A stretch of 63,824 bases of DNA, the filler included, from Octopus bimaculoides (Eukaryota), in NCBI RefSeq assembly GCF_001194135.2. It is 6 parts of 5 records of this genome, joined end to end, with 100 filler letters (N's around TTAATTAATTAA, not from the genome) between each part and the next. Parts side by side here need not be neighbours in the genome. Positions count along the whole stretch, not along the records: positions 41,944 to 62,244 come from NC_068992.1; 5 more parts are not named here. One strand, written 5' to 3'. Numbering within the stretch: the stretch's first letter is position 1; the number at the start of each line of letters is the position of its first letter. The notes beneath the pieces were generated by a model, which saw only the letters and a program-made list of their open reading frames with translations, made no database searches and was not told where the DNA came from. Below, in pieces: positions 51,056 to 62,344 of the stretch. The translations under genes were made by a program, and so were the position numbers.

Positions 51056-52341
51056 AAGGTCCAGAATAATAAGTCAAGTGATCTCAGACCTGAAGTCTAT
51101 GAAGCAGAGCAACCGACAAAAGTCTCTCAGGGGTCAAGTCTGAGACCTAAAGAAACAAGTGAAACTAACTGTATGACTCTAGATTCTCTCAAGCGTAAAA
51201 TCTATGACATAGAGCAAAGCAAAGGGTCCAGCTCTTGGGGAGGGGGGAAGGGGGTCGCGTCTATTATAACCCAGGGTAACAACAAGATACAAAAGAAGTA
51301 AAGAAAACTAAGCAAGAAAGAAAAGACGCACAAGAGAGCGGGAAAAGGGGGGGGGTGTCGTTTGTTGTGGAATCGCCAAAGTTTGGAAACTGCTGTGGAA
51401 TTGGGGAGATAAGTTATATATCAATGGGTGCTTGCATAACACTATATAAATGATGATGATGATGATGATGANNNNNNNNNNNNNNNNNNNNNNNNNNNNN
51501 NNNNNNNNNNNNNNNNNNNNNNNNNNNNNNNNNNNNNNNNNNNNNNNNNNNNNNNNNNNNNNNNNNNNNNNNNNNNNNNNNNNNNNNNNNNNNNNNNNNN
51601 NNNNNNNNNNNNNNNNNNNNNNNNNNNNNNNNNNNNNNNNNNNNNNNNNNNNNNNNNNNNNNNNNNNNNNNNNNNNNNNNNNNNNNAGGAGCAGGGGAGG
51701 AACAGGAGGAGGAGTGGAGGAGGAGTGGAGGAGGAGGGGCAGGAGCAGGAGGGGGACAGCATTAATGATGATGCTGGTAATGAAAGTAGTGATGGAGATG
51801 TTATCATTGATGTGAACTGTGATGATGATGATGATGCCACTGTCACCGATGATGACAATGATGACGATGATGACAACAAAGGCAGTAATGATGATAATGA
51901 TGATGGAGGTAGTGGTAATGATGACGATGATGACAACAAAGACAATGATGATGTTATTATAGTAACGGCTGCCAACAGTGATGATGATGATGACAATGAT
52001 GACGCCGACAACAGGAACTGTTGGAAATTGATACTTCCACCCCACAACAACTTGACCACAACCTGACCTCCCCACACCATCTCGTATGTCCAGATGGTCT
52101 TTCCTTTCAAGTACTTGTAATTTCATAGTCAGTGGGTGTGACCAAATATTGTTCTTCCTGTTGCTATTGTTGTTAATACAGTATCATGGTAGTAGACTGG
52201 TAGAATCAGTAGAGCGTTAGACAAAACGTCTGTGCTATTTAGTTAGAATTCTTCAAGTTATGAGTTCAAATCCCAACAATGTTGATTTTGCATTTTATTC
52301 TGCCAGCATTGAAAAAAATACAAAATGAAATACTAGTCATA

Positions 52342-52726
52342 TGTTGTTGGCACTCCGTCACTTACAACGTCGAGGGTTCCAGTTGATCCGATCAACGGAA
52401 CAGCCTGCTCGTGAAATTAACGTGCAAGTGGCTGAGCACTCCACAGACACGTATACCCTTAACGTAGTTCTTGGGGATATTCAGCGTGAGACAGTGTGAC
52501 AAGGCTGACCCTTTGAAATACAGGTACAACAGAAACAGGAAGTAAGAGTGAGAGAAAGTTGTGGTGAAAGAGTACAGCAGGGTTCGCCATCATCCCCTGC
52601 CGGAACCTCGTGGAGCTTTAGGTGTCTTCGCTCAATAAACACTCACAACGCCCGGTCTGGGAATCGAAACCGCGATCCTATGACCGCGAGTCTGCTGCCC
52701 TAACCACTGGGCCATTGAGCCTCCAC
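52342..52726 (-). mobile_element. Full-length SINE family T
   Basis: Near-identical reverse complement of 32258-32640. Confidence 0.92.
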
Positions 52727-53869
52727 GGGAAGACAAATACAAACAGACAAACACATACATATACAACAGGCTTTCTCACAGTTTCCACCCACCAAGTTCA
52801 CTCACAAGGCATTGGTAGGTCCAGGGCTATAGAAGACATTTGCCCAAGGTGTCATGCAGTAGGACTGAACCTAAAACCTCACGGTTGCAAATCAAGCTTC
52901 TTAACCACATGTCAGCACCCATGTTAGAAATCACTAAAGAAGTAATAATAGTAGTAACAATAGTAGTAATATTTTAGCCCTAGGCCAGAGCTGATCCACC
53001 AAGTGTTACAGTCATGATCAGCCCATCTTTTCAAGGAGTATATAAAGACCACTTAATTGAATGTGTCCTTACTTTTGTATAATGCTAGGATGTGGTTTGA
53101 GGAGAAATTTGGCTGCTATTTCGTGTTGGCCAAGTAACAAGCAAAAGAAGCTCACTGGTTACCTTACCATTTTGTTAATGTTTGTTGTTGTTGTTGCAGC
53201 TGCCAAAATACATGTAATACATCATACAATATAATAATAATATACTGTAATATATGTATATTGCAATACATGAATTTAGTTATTACAGCTGCATAATTGT
53301 TGTTGCAGCTGTTGTTGTTGTTGTTATTATTAACATCATGGTTGGTGTTATTCTTATTCTTGTTGTTGTTGCTGGAAATGTTAATTCAAAATTAAAACCT
53401 AATAAAAATATTTGATATAAGTTTAATTGTTTTTACAATAAAATAAAACAATGTCTTCTTTTTGTCTAGTTTCTATCTATTGACCTCAGTGACTCTATCA
53501 ACCTTATTGACCTCACCAAGTTCATATAGAGAGCAAGGGGTCACAGTTCTTTTGGCCTTAGACTATGAAATACAGAGCAATTTGCTTTCTGAATTTATTT
53601 TTCCTCGGTGGATTGCAATATTTGATAGTGCCATAGCGTAACACAGTTGAGAATCTTTTATCTGAAATCCATGGGTCCTATAATGCTGCAAATTTCAGTT
53701 TTTGAGATTTTAGAGTATTTTTATCATCATCATCATCATCATTTAATGTCCACCTTTCATGCTGACATAGGTTGGACAGTTTGACAGGAGCTAGATAGGC
53801 TGAAGATTGCACCAGACTTCTGTGTCTGTTTTGGCATGGTTTTTATAGCTGGATGTCCTTCCTAACACC

Positions 53870-54052
53870 AATAATAATCATCTTTTCTACTCTAAGCACA
53901 AGGACCGAAATTTCGGGGGAGGGAGCCAGTCGATTAGGTCAACTCCAGTACACAACTGGTACTTAATTTATCGATCCCGAAAGGATAAAAGGCAAAGTTG
54001 ACCTCGGCGGAATTTGAACTCATTTCGTCCGGTGCACTAACATTTCTGCCAG
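53870..54052 (-). mobile_element. SINE family M, tail A, with internal deletion; abuts the R4 RLE fragment
   Basis: ataataatcatcttttctactctaagcacaagg...gacctcggcggaatttgaactc-atttcgtccggtgcactaacatttctgccag. Confidence 0.8.
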
Positions 54053-54055
54053 AAC

Positions 54056-54503
54056 AAAAGGAGGAAAGCAAAAATCCTCTCGGATTTTGACTTCCAGACA
54101 GACAAGGTATTAGAGCACCAGAGGCCAGATATAGTAACCTTCAGGTGGGACAAACAAGCGTGCCTAATAATTGACATGATAGTGCCAGGAGATCAACATA
54201 TCATCATGAAAGAAAGAGAAAAGGTTGATAAATATGGAGACCTGAGAATTGAGATCGCTAAGATGTGGCAGCTACGAGAGTCAAACATAAAGATTGTCCC
54301 TATCGTCAACAGAGTGTTGGGTTCGATCCCATCCAATCTGAAAAAACATCTGTAAACTTTAGAAATACCCCACAATCTAGGTATATGGGAAAAGTGGCAT
54401 TACTTAGAACTACATGCATATTGCGTAAAGTACAAAGCCCCCCCCCAGGTAGACACAATATCTTCAATGAAGAACCTCAAAATATTGTATACTGTGCAAC
54501 GTC

Positions 54504-54537
<34 letters not shown>
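54056..54537 (+). mobile_element. 5'-truncated R4/Dong fragment: restriction-like endonuclease, 3'UTR and (TAA)n
   Basis: KAKILSDFDFQTDKVLEHQRPDIVTFRWDKQACLIIDMIVPGDQHIIMKEREKVDKYGDLRIEIAKMW...VALLRTTCILRKV (PD-D-K-type RLE), ending in (TAA)n at 54504-54536. Confidence 0.92.
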
Positions 54538-55050
54538 GCAAAAAATAATATGGGTGATAAGAACATTAAAATTGACAAAATAAAATACATTTTTGTCTCA
54601 ATNNNNNNNNNNNNNNNNNNNNNNNNNNNNNNNNNNNNNNNNNNNNNNNNNNNNNNNNNNNNNNNNNNNNNNNNNNNNNNNNNNNNNNNNNNNNNNNNNN
54701 NNNNNNNNNNNNNNNNNNNNNNNNNNNNNNNNNNNNNNNNNNNNNNNNNNNNNNNNNNNNNNNNNNNNNCCCACCCCACACACACACACTTAAACACATG
54801 CACATACAATTTAATATCTTTACCATGAAATCACGAGAAAAAAATGTCAGGGAAAAAAAAAAAAAAAAACTTTTATCATTATATCCAGGTTGAATCTCAT
54901 TGAGGTCAACTTAACTTTCCCATCCTTGCGGTGCGATGTGAGGATAGGTGTAGGGTAGAGATGAAACGAGTACCAGTGAAGTACTAGTGTCAGTAGCATT
55001 TGTGTGATACCATTTTGCACGAAATATGTCACCTTGTATCCTATCTATAT

Positions 55051-55341
55051 TCTTTTCTACTCTAGGTATAAGGCCCAAAATTTTGGGGGAGGGGGATAGT
55101 CAATTAGATCGACCCCAGTACACAACAGGTACTTAATTTATCTACACCGAAAGGATGAAAGGCAAAGTTGACTTTGGTGGAATAATAATAATAATAATAA
55201 TAACAACAACAATCCTTTCTACTATAGGCACAAGGCCCAAAATTTTGGAGGAGGGGGCCAATCGATTAAATCGAGCCCAGTACGCAACTAGTACTTAATT
55301 CATCGACCCCGAAAGGATGAAAGGCAAAGTCGACCTCCACA

Positions 55342-55372
<31 letters not shown>

Positions 55373-55585
55373 CCTTTCTACTATAGGCACAAGGCCCAAA
55401 ATTTTGGGGGAGGGGTCCAGTCAATTAGATTGACCCAGTATGCAACTGGTACTTAATTTATTGACCCGGAAAGGATGAAAGGCAAAGTCGACCTTGGTGG
55501 AATTTGAACTCAGAATGTAAAGACAGACAAAATACAGCTAAGCATTTCGCCCAGCATGCTAATGATTCTGCCAGCTTGACACCTT
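55051..55585 (-). mobile_element. Head-to-tail array of three SINE M units (one full, two headless) joined by (AAT)n
   Basis: Units start at 55051, 55213 and 55373. Junctions gtggAATAAT (55181) and acagAATAAT (55343). Confidence 0.9.
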
Positions 55586-55769
55586 TGTAGCCTATCTATA
55601 TTAAGAATCAATACGTAATATAAGTCAATCATGTGACCACACCTAAAAGATGGTTAACCAGGCAACTTGGTGTCATAGCAACAGAAAAAAACTATTGTAT
55701 TTAGAGCAGATATTTACAGACCCCACCCTTGCATATAGATACACACAAAATGATACACACACACACACA

Positions 55770-56125
55770 TCTTTTATCTCTTATCTTCAACTCATTTCAG
55801 TCATTAGACCGTGGCCATGCTGGGGCACTGCCTTGAAAAAATTTTTAGTTGAACTTATCGACTCTGGTACTTGATTTTTTTTTTCTCAGCCTGGTACTTT
55901 TTGTATCAGTCAGTTTTGCCGAACTGCTAAGTTAAGTGGATGTAAACACACCAACACCAATTGTCAAGCAGTGGTGGGAGACAAACACAGACACGCATGC
56001 ACACACACTCACACACACGCAAACACGCATGTATGTGCTCACTCACACACACAATGATGGGCTTCTTTCAGGTTCTGTCTCTCAAATCCACTCACGAGGC
56101 TTTGGTCAGCCTGAGGCCACAGTAG
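55770..56125 (-). mobile_element. CORE-like SINE (family C), 5' end replaced by a family G fragment
   Basis: 3' half, (CA)n tract and part of the core; ends at gcctgaggccacagtag. Confidence 0.75.
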
Positions 56126-56531
56126 AGCTGTCCAGGCTCCATTTGTCTGTTTTGGGCAGGATTTCTACAGCTGGATGCCCTTCATAATGCCAACCACTTT
56201 ACAAAGTATGCTGGGAGTTTTTTAAATGCCGCCAGCATGGGTGATCTCACGTGGCGCTGGCACAAGAGCATTGTACATGGCACAAGCATGAATGCATTGC
56301 ATGTGGCACAGGTAGGAGTGCATTTTCTGTGGCACCAGTACCTGCAAGACAAAGACTTCTCAATTGGGAGAAGAAAGGAAGTGGAGGCATGACCATAAAG
56401 GATGTGTTTGAATATGTGGCTGGCTGTGATTCTACTTAGCTTGATGTGTCTTCTCAAATACACACACACACACACGACTGCAGCTTGAAATCTTATACCT
56501 AACCCTGATCCTGTGGTGCAATCAACAGAGT

Positions 56532-56563
<32 letters not shown>

Positions 56564-56659
56564 TAGACAGACAGGTACAGACACATATATTGACCAAGAT
56601 GCAGCTGGAAATCTTTTACTCTTGACCTTGATCTTATGATCCAATCAAAATTGAGTGCA

Positions 56660-56995
56660 AAATATATCTCTAATTAGAGTATTGTTATATCTAACAAGAC
56701 TCCGTTAAATCTAATGAGACATTGTTATATCTAATGAGGCTTCATTACATCAAACGGGACTTTGTTATTTGTAATTGAGTACGGTTATTTCTAACAAAAT
56801 TTCATTATATCTAACAGGATTTTGTTTTATATCTAATAAGCCTTCTTTATATTTAACAGGGATTTTGTTAAAATGGGCTTTGTTATGTCTAAAGGGAACC
56901 CACTTCATATAAGGAACCCACTTCATATAATGATGACTTTCATTATAGCTAACTGAGTTTCCTTTATATTTTACATGACTTTGTTATATTTAAAC
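56660..56995. repeat. Degenerate ~21-bp minisatellite (ttgttatatctaacgagac-like); resumes at ~57600 and ~57905
   Basis: Repeated ttatatctaa cores at roughly 20-22 bp spacing. Confidence 0.7.
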
Positions 56996-57602
56996 CTTTC
57001 TATTATAGGCACAGTGTATGCGCAATGACCCAGTGGTTAGGGCAGCGGACTCACGGTCATAAGATCGCGGTTTCGATTCCCAGACCGGGCGTTGTGAGTG
57101 TTTATTGAGCGAAAACACCTAAAGCTCCACGAGGCTCCGGCAGGGGATGATGGCGAACCCTGCTGTACTCTTCCACCACAACTTTCTCTCACTCTTTCTT
57201 CCTGCTTCTGTTGTACCTGCAATTCAACGGGCCAGCCTTGTCACACTGTGTCACACTGAATATCCCCAAGAACTACATTAAGGGTACACGTGTCTGTGGA
57301 GTACTCAGCCACTTGCACGTTAATTTCCTGAGTAGGCTGTTCCGTTGACCGGATCAACTGGAACCCTCGATGTCGTGAGCGACGGAGTGCCAACAATTAT
57401 AGGCACAAGGCCTGAAATTTGGTGGAGGGGGATAGTCGATTACATCGATCCCAGTACTCAACTGGTACTTAATTTATCGACCCCGAAAGGATGAAAGGCA
57501 AAGTCGACCTCAGCAGAATTTGAACTCAGAACGTAGCGACAGGCAAAATACTGCTCAGCATTTCGTCCAGCGTGCTAACGTTTCCACCAGCTTGCCGCCT
57601 TA
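56993..57602 (-). mobile_element. SINE family M interrupted in its tail by a family T SINE
   Basis: cctttctattataggcaca [insert] attataggcacaaggcctgaaattt...gcttgccgcctta. Confidence 0.85.
57014..57395 (+). mobile_element. SINE family T with 12-bp TSD
   Basis: attataggcaca at 57002-57013 and 57396-57407. The body matches 32258-32640. Confidence 0.9.
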
Positions 57603-57628
57603 TATTTAATGAGGCTTCATTGTATTAA

Positions 57629-57843
57629 CCCTTTAGCGTTCATATTACTCTGTCATATGTAATGCTTATTTATTCACAGTTTTGAATTAATCATTCATTA
57701 TCTTCAATGCTTCAAGATTTTGAATATGTGATTGTTTATTTTTAGAAGGACATTGTAGGTTATGTGTAACAGGTCAGATCTGGCTAGTTTAAGCATGAAA
57801 CAGGTTATTCTGGCCTGATATAGCCAATTTAAATACTAAAGGG
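57629..57843. mobile_element. piggyBac-type MITE
   Basis: TTAA-CCCTTTAG...CTAAAGGG-CTAA: CCC/GGG termini with an 8-bp TIR and a TTAA-type target. Confidence 0.8.
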
Positions 57844-58304
57844 CTAAGGTGGGGAGGTCACTTATTCAACAGGTGCAGATGATGATCATCATCTTTATAA
57901 GTAATGCAGCTTCATTATATCTAACGAGATCTCAGTGTGGAGTGAACCTGTGGAAAGGGTGGACCCAGGAAGATGTGGGACAAAGTGGTGAAATATGATC
58001 TTTGGTTGTAGAGCCTCGTAGAGGTGATGACAAGTGACTGAGACTTCTGGGGATTTGCTGTGCTTCCGAAGACATAACAAACTAAGCGAATCGTAGTTGT
58101 GACCAGTGCCAGTGGCACATAAAAGGGCACCAATGCTAGCGACATTTAAAAGGTCCCTAGGCTAATAACACATAAAAGGTATCCATGCCAGTGACAAATA
58201 AAAGACCCAGCTGTAGAAACTACTCATAGACTTCTTTCTGCAACTTCTCTTATGGCTGATTCTTCCTATGTTTGGTGATATGTTTATATGTGTGTGTGTG
58301 TGTA

Positions 58305-58336
<32 letters not shown>

Positions 58337-58663
58337 CAAAACTTTATGCCTAACTGTGAATCCAGGCACATTTTTTTCTTTCTCACTTGGTTTTTTTCCT
58401 CTCCCCATCTGTTTTCTTTCTCCTTCCTTTCTGTAGAAGAGCATAGGTTCGAAACATTGAAGACTCTTCCATTTTATCAGAGCATCAAACTAATGTGCCT
58501 TGTTTGTTGTTCCTTCACCTGTCACTGTCTTTTTTTATACAATTTTGAACCATATATATATCATACACACTTACACACACACACACACACACAAAAACAC
58601 TCTTTGAAATTTAATCAAAATAAAATTCTGACCTCTATGATATTATTTCAAAGATAAAAAACT

Positions 58664-58694
<31 letters not shown>

Positions 58695-58988
58695 TATATA
58701 TATACATATACAATTAAGAATAAAAATAATAATAAAAAAACTGACCTGGATAAGCTTCAGGTCACAAGGAAATGAACTTTCAACATCAGACAAATTGTTA
58801 GAGTTTAACAAAGAGAAATTTTAACAACCCACAGTCCTATTTATTTAATATCCTGGGGAGATCTTTCTCCTTAGGCCTTTATTGTCTTTCACAACAAGCC
58901 AGTCTTTTTGATTACGTATACACACACACACACACACACGCACACATACATATATACATAGACACATACATTTTATATATACACATTC

Positions 58989-59025
<37 letters not shown>

Positions 59026-59402
59026 NNNNNNNNNNNNNNNNNNNNNNNNNNNNNNNNNNNNNNNNNNNNNNNNNNNNNNNNNNNNNNNNNNNNNNNNNNN
59101 NNNNNNNNNNNNNNNNNNNNNNNNNNNNNNNNNNNNNNNNNNNNNNNNNNNNNNNNNNNNNNNNNNNNNNNNNNNTATATATATGCACACACACATACAA
59201 ACATGGATATATGTGCATATGCGTGTGTGTGTGTGCATGTGCATGTGTGTGTGTGTGTGCATGTGTGTGTGTGTGTGTATGTGTGAGAGTGTGACAGTAT
59301 GTCTGTTGTCTGTATGTGTAATAAAGTGAAAGTATATGTGTGTGGAAGGATAATTACGCATCTCTTACAGAGAGAAATCAAAAGCAAAAAAGAAAAGTGT
59401 TT

Positions 59403-59435
<33 letters not shown>

Positions 59436-59711
59436 CTTTTTACTGTAGACAAAAGGCCTGAAACTTCATTGGGAGAGAGCAAGTCAATTCCATCGACCCT
59501 GATGCTTAATTTGGTTTTCTAAGACAAGACCTACCAATGGTTTCATGCAGAGGAAGTGAACTTGAAGTCATGTGGTAGCAAAGTTAACTTCTTAACTACA
59601 TAAGTCATGCTTGCATCAAACTTGCTTACCAACCATGCGGTCTTAGGCTCTGCCCCACTGCACGGGACCTTCTATAGGCCAGCCCAACCAAACCCTTGTT
59701 TGTGGGTTTCG

Positions 59712-60105
59712 TATTCTTTCACTTGTTTCGGTCATTTGACTGTGGCCATGCTGGAGCACCACCTTTGGTCGAGAAAATCACCCACAAGACTTATTCTTTG
59801 TAGGCCTAGTACTTATTCTATCAGTCACTTTTGCCGAACCACTAAGTTATGAGGACATAAACACACCAACATCGGTTGTCAAGCAATGTTGGGAGGACAA
59901 ACACAGACACACAAACATACACACACACACACACACATATACAACATGCTTCTTTCAGTTTCTGTCTACCAAATCCATTCACAAGGCTTTGGTCGGCCTG
60001 AGGTTATAGTAGAAGACACTTGCCCAAGGTGCCATGCAGTGGGACTGAACCCGAGACCATGTGGTTGGCAAGAAAGCTACTCACCACACAGCCACTCCTG
60101 TGCCT
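59712..60105 (-). mobile_element. Full-length CORE-like SINE (family C), well preserved
   Basis: Both halves, internal (CA)n, core gaagacacttgcccaaggtgcc (plus strand). Confidence 0.88.
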
Positions 60106-60238
60106 CTCTCTCTCTCTCTCTCNNNNNNNNNNNNNNNNNNNNNNNNNNNNNNNNNNNNNNNNNNNNNNNNNNNNNNNNNNNNNNNNNNNNNNNNNNNNNN
60201 NNNNNNNNNNNNNNNNNNNNNNNNNNNNNNNNNNNNNN

Positions 60239-60271
<33 letters not shown>

Positions 60272-60371
60272 CATCTAGGATAACCATATATTTCCTCAAA
60301 CACAAGACACCTGTTACTTTATTTACATTATTTACATTTGACAGATATTTGATCTCATCTTGTTTATTGTT

Positions 60372-60418
60372 AACACAGCATTTCAGCTGATGTACTCTCC
60401 AGCCTTCATCAGGTGTCC
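60372..60418 (-). ncRNA. Hammerhead motif, second copy, core mutated (GAAATGCT instead of GAAACGTT)
   Basis: Reverse-complement copy of 60657-60703 with two substitutions at the helix III/cleavage triplet. Confidence 0.6.
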
Positions 60419-60492
60419 TGGGGGAACTTTGAACCTGGGTTCTCATTCCTAAGGTATTTTCCTGATGTAGCTCTTGTTCTTGTTATTACTAT

Positions 60493-60527
<35 letters not shown>

Positions 60528-60547
60528 TTATTATTATTATTATTATT

Positions 60548-60622
60548 CAGGTCACTGAATGGAATCAAACTCAGAATCTAGGGGTTAGTAGCCCACGCTC
60601 TTAACCACTACGCCATATGCCC
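60548..60622 (-). promoter_or_regulatory. tRNA-derived internal Pol III promoter (not a functional tRNA)
   Basis: Minus: gggcataTGGCGTAGTGGttaagagcgtgggCTACTAAcccctagattctGAGTTTGATTCCattcagtgacctga. A box 60605-60615, B box 60561-60572, Ser-like anticodon loop; acceptor stem does not close. Confidence 0.8.
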
Positions 60623-60656
60623 TTAGGAATGAGAATCCCGGTTCAAAATTCCCCCA

Positions 60657-60703
60657 GGACACCTGATGAAGGCTGGAGAGTACATCAGCTGAAACGTTGT
60701 GTT
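60657..60703 (+). ncRNA. Minimal type I hammerhead ribozyme motif, core intact
   Basis: GGACAC-CTGATGA-a-GGCTG-gagagtacat-CAGCT-GAAA-C-G-TT-GTGTT. Helix I GACAC/GTGTT, loop-less palindromic helix III (AC/GT), GUU triplet, predicted cut after 60698. Extra A before helix II. Confidence 0.75.
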
Positions 60704-60800
60704 AACAACAAACAAGATGAGGACAAATATCCATCAAATGTAAATAATGTAAATAATGTAAATAATTCCTCCTGTTACCGTTCGTTATATTTTACCTTGC

Positions 60801-61430
60801 TTCTTTTGCTTGTTTCAGTCATTTGACTGTGGCCATGCTGGGGTACTACTACTGCCTTGAAGAAGTTTTTGTTCAATGTATCGATATCAGCACTTATTTT
60901 TTTAAAGTCTGGTACTTATTCTATCAACTCCTTTGCTGAACCGCTAAGTAACAGGGACATAAACACACCAACACCGGTTGTCAAGCAGTGGGTACAGGTG
61001 GACAAACACATGCACACACAAACACACACACATATATGACGGACTTCTTTCAGTTTCCATTCACAAGGCTTTGATGAGCCTGAGGCTATAGTAGAAGACA
61101 CTTGCCCAAGCTTCCATGCAGTGGGACTGAACCTCAAACCAAGTGGTTGGGAAGCAAGCTTCTTGTTTCTTTATTGCCCACAAGGGGCTAAACATAGAGG
61201 ACACAAACAAGGACAGACAAAGGGATTAAGTCGATTACATCGACTCCAGTGCGTAACTGGTACTTTATTTATCGACCCCGAAAGGATGAAAGGCAAAGTC
61301 GACCTCGGCGGAATTTGAACTCAGAACGTAAAGACAGACGAAATACCAGTAAGCATTTCGCCTGGCATGCTAACAATTCTGACAGCTCGCTGCTTGTGTG
61401 GCAAGCTTCTTACCACACAGCCACGCCTAC
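60801..61430 (-). mobile_element. CORE-like SINE (family C) interrupted by a family M SINE
   Basis: Family C sequence 60801-61164 resumes at 61401-61430. Confidence 0.85.
61165..61400 (-). mobile_element. SINE family M, tail B, with 11-bp TSD
   Basis: gcaagcttctt at 61154-61164 and 61401-61411. Confidence 0.9.
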
Positions 61431-62344
61431 ACCAATCATACTTTAACCTCTCGTCACATGGTATGAAGCCATTTCTATCAATACCACTCCATCCCTCAAT
61501 TGAGATGGGAGTCTTGTCATGCAATTTTCTTGGTGACCCCTCTGCTGCAGGTGCCACATAAAAAACACCCAGTAAACTCTGCAAAGTGGTTGGTGTTAGC
61601 AAGGGCATCCAGCCATAGAAACCATACCGAAGAAGAAATTTGAGCTTTGCACAGCTCACAAGCTTCTGCAAAACCATCCATTTCATGCCAACATGGGAAA
61701 ACAACAATGGATGTTGAATGGTTACAACGATGGTAATTTCCAAAGAGTACAGATTGGATTTTCTTTTTTGGGTTTTTGTTTTACTGTGGCTGTAATAAAA
61801 TGAAAATAAGGACTGCAGCTGTAAAAATCTATCACACACACAAACACACACCACCTTCCCCCTCTCTCTCTATCTGTCTATTTCTCACACACAAACACGC
61901 ATGCACATGCACACATACAAGTACCCTGCTTCCATACACACATACACACTTGAAGATTTGCTAAGTCATTTTCGCTTTAAATATCGATGTTTAGAAAAAC
62001 AAAGTAAAGAAAAATAAAATGTATTTTAAAGCAAGTTAGGTTTTGTTCATTTAATGTTTTTTAATTTAATGCTTTTATCTTTATCAATTCTATTATATAT
62101 ATGCACACACATATATTAAATATAGATATATACATATATATGCAAATGTATGTGTGTATGTGTATGTGTTCATTTTTTTTCTGTAGTTTCAGCTCAGATG
62201 CTGATGCACCGCCGTTATGTGTGTGTATATATATATATATATATNNNNNNNNNNNNNNNNNNNNNNNNNNNNNNNNNNNNNNNNNNNNTTAATTAATTAA
62301 NNNNNNNNNNNNNNNNNNNNNNNNNNNNNNNNNNNNNNNNNNNN

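Larger units (their letters stand above)
60318..60770 (-). mobile_element. TSD-bounded composite element: tRNA-derived head + (AAT/AGT)n + hammerhead-bearing Penelope-type repeat, with an inverted copy of that repeat at the 5' end
   Basis: cctgttac direct repeats at 60310-60317 and 60771-60778. Inverted arms 60321-60454 and 60621-~60760. tRNA-like head 60548-60622. Confidence 0.85.

Noticed and set aside
51690-52030. Asp/Gly-rich ORF resembling an acidic biomineralisation protein
   Set aside because: Degenerate (GAT)n/(GGA)n low-complexity DNA next to a gap; similar tracts occur at 41945-42110 and 44130-44345 without coding context.
55051-55585. CRISPR-like repeat-spacer appearance in SINE arrays and minisatellites
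   Set aside because: Eukaryotic DNA, no unique equal-length spacers, no cas genes.
60548-60622. Possible tRNA-Ser gene
   Set aside because: The acceptor stem does not pair, the long variable arm is missing, and it runs into (AAT)n rather than a poly-T terminator; treated as a SINE head.
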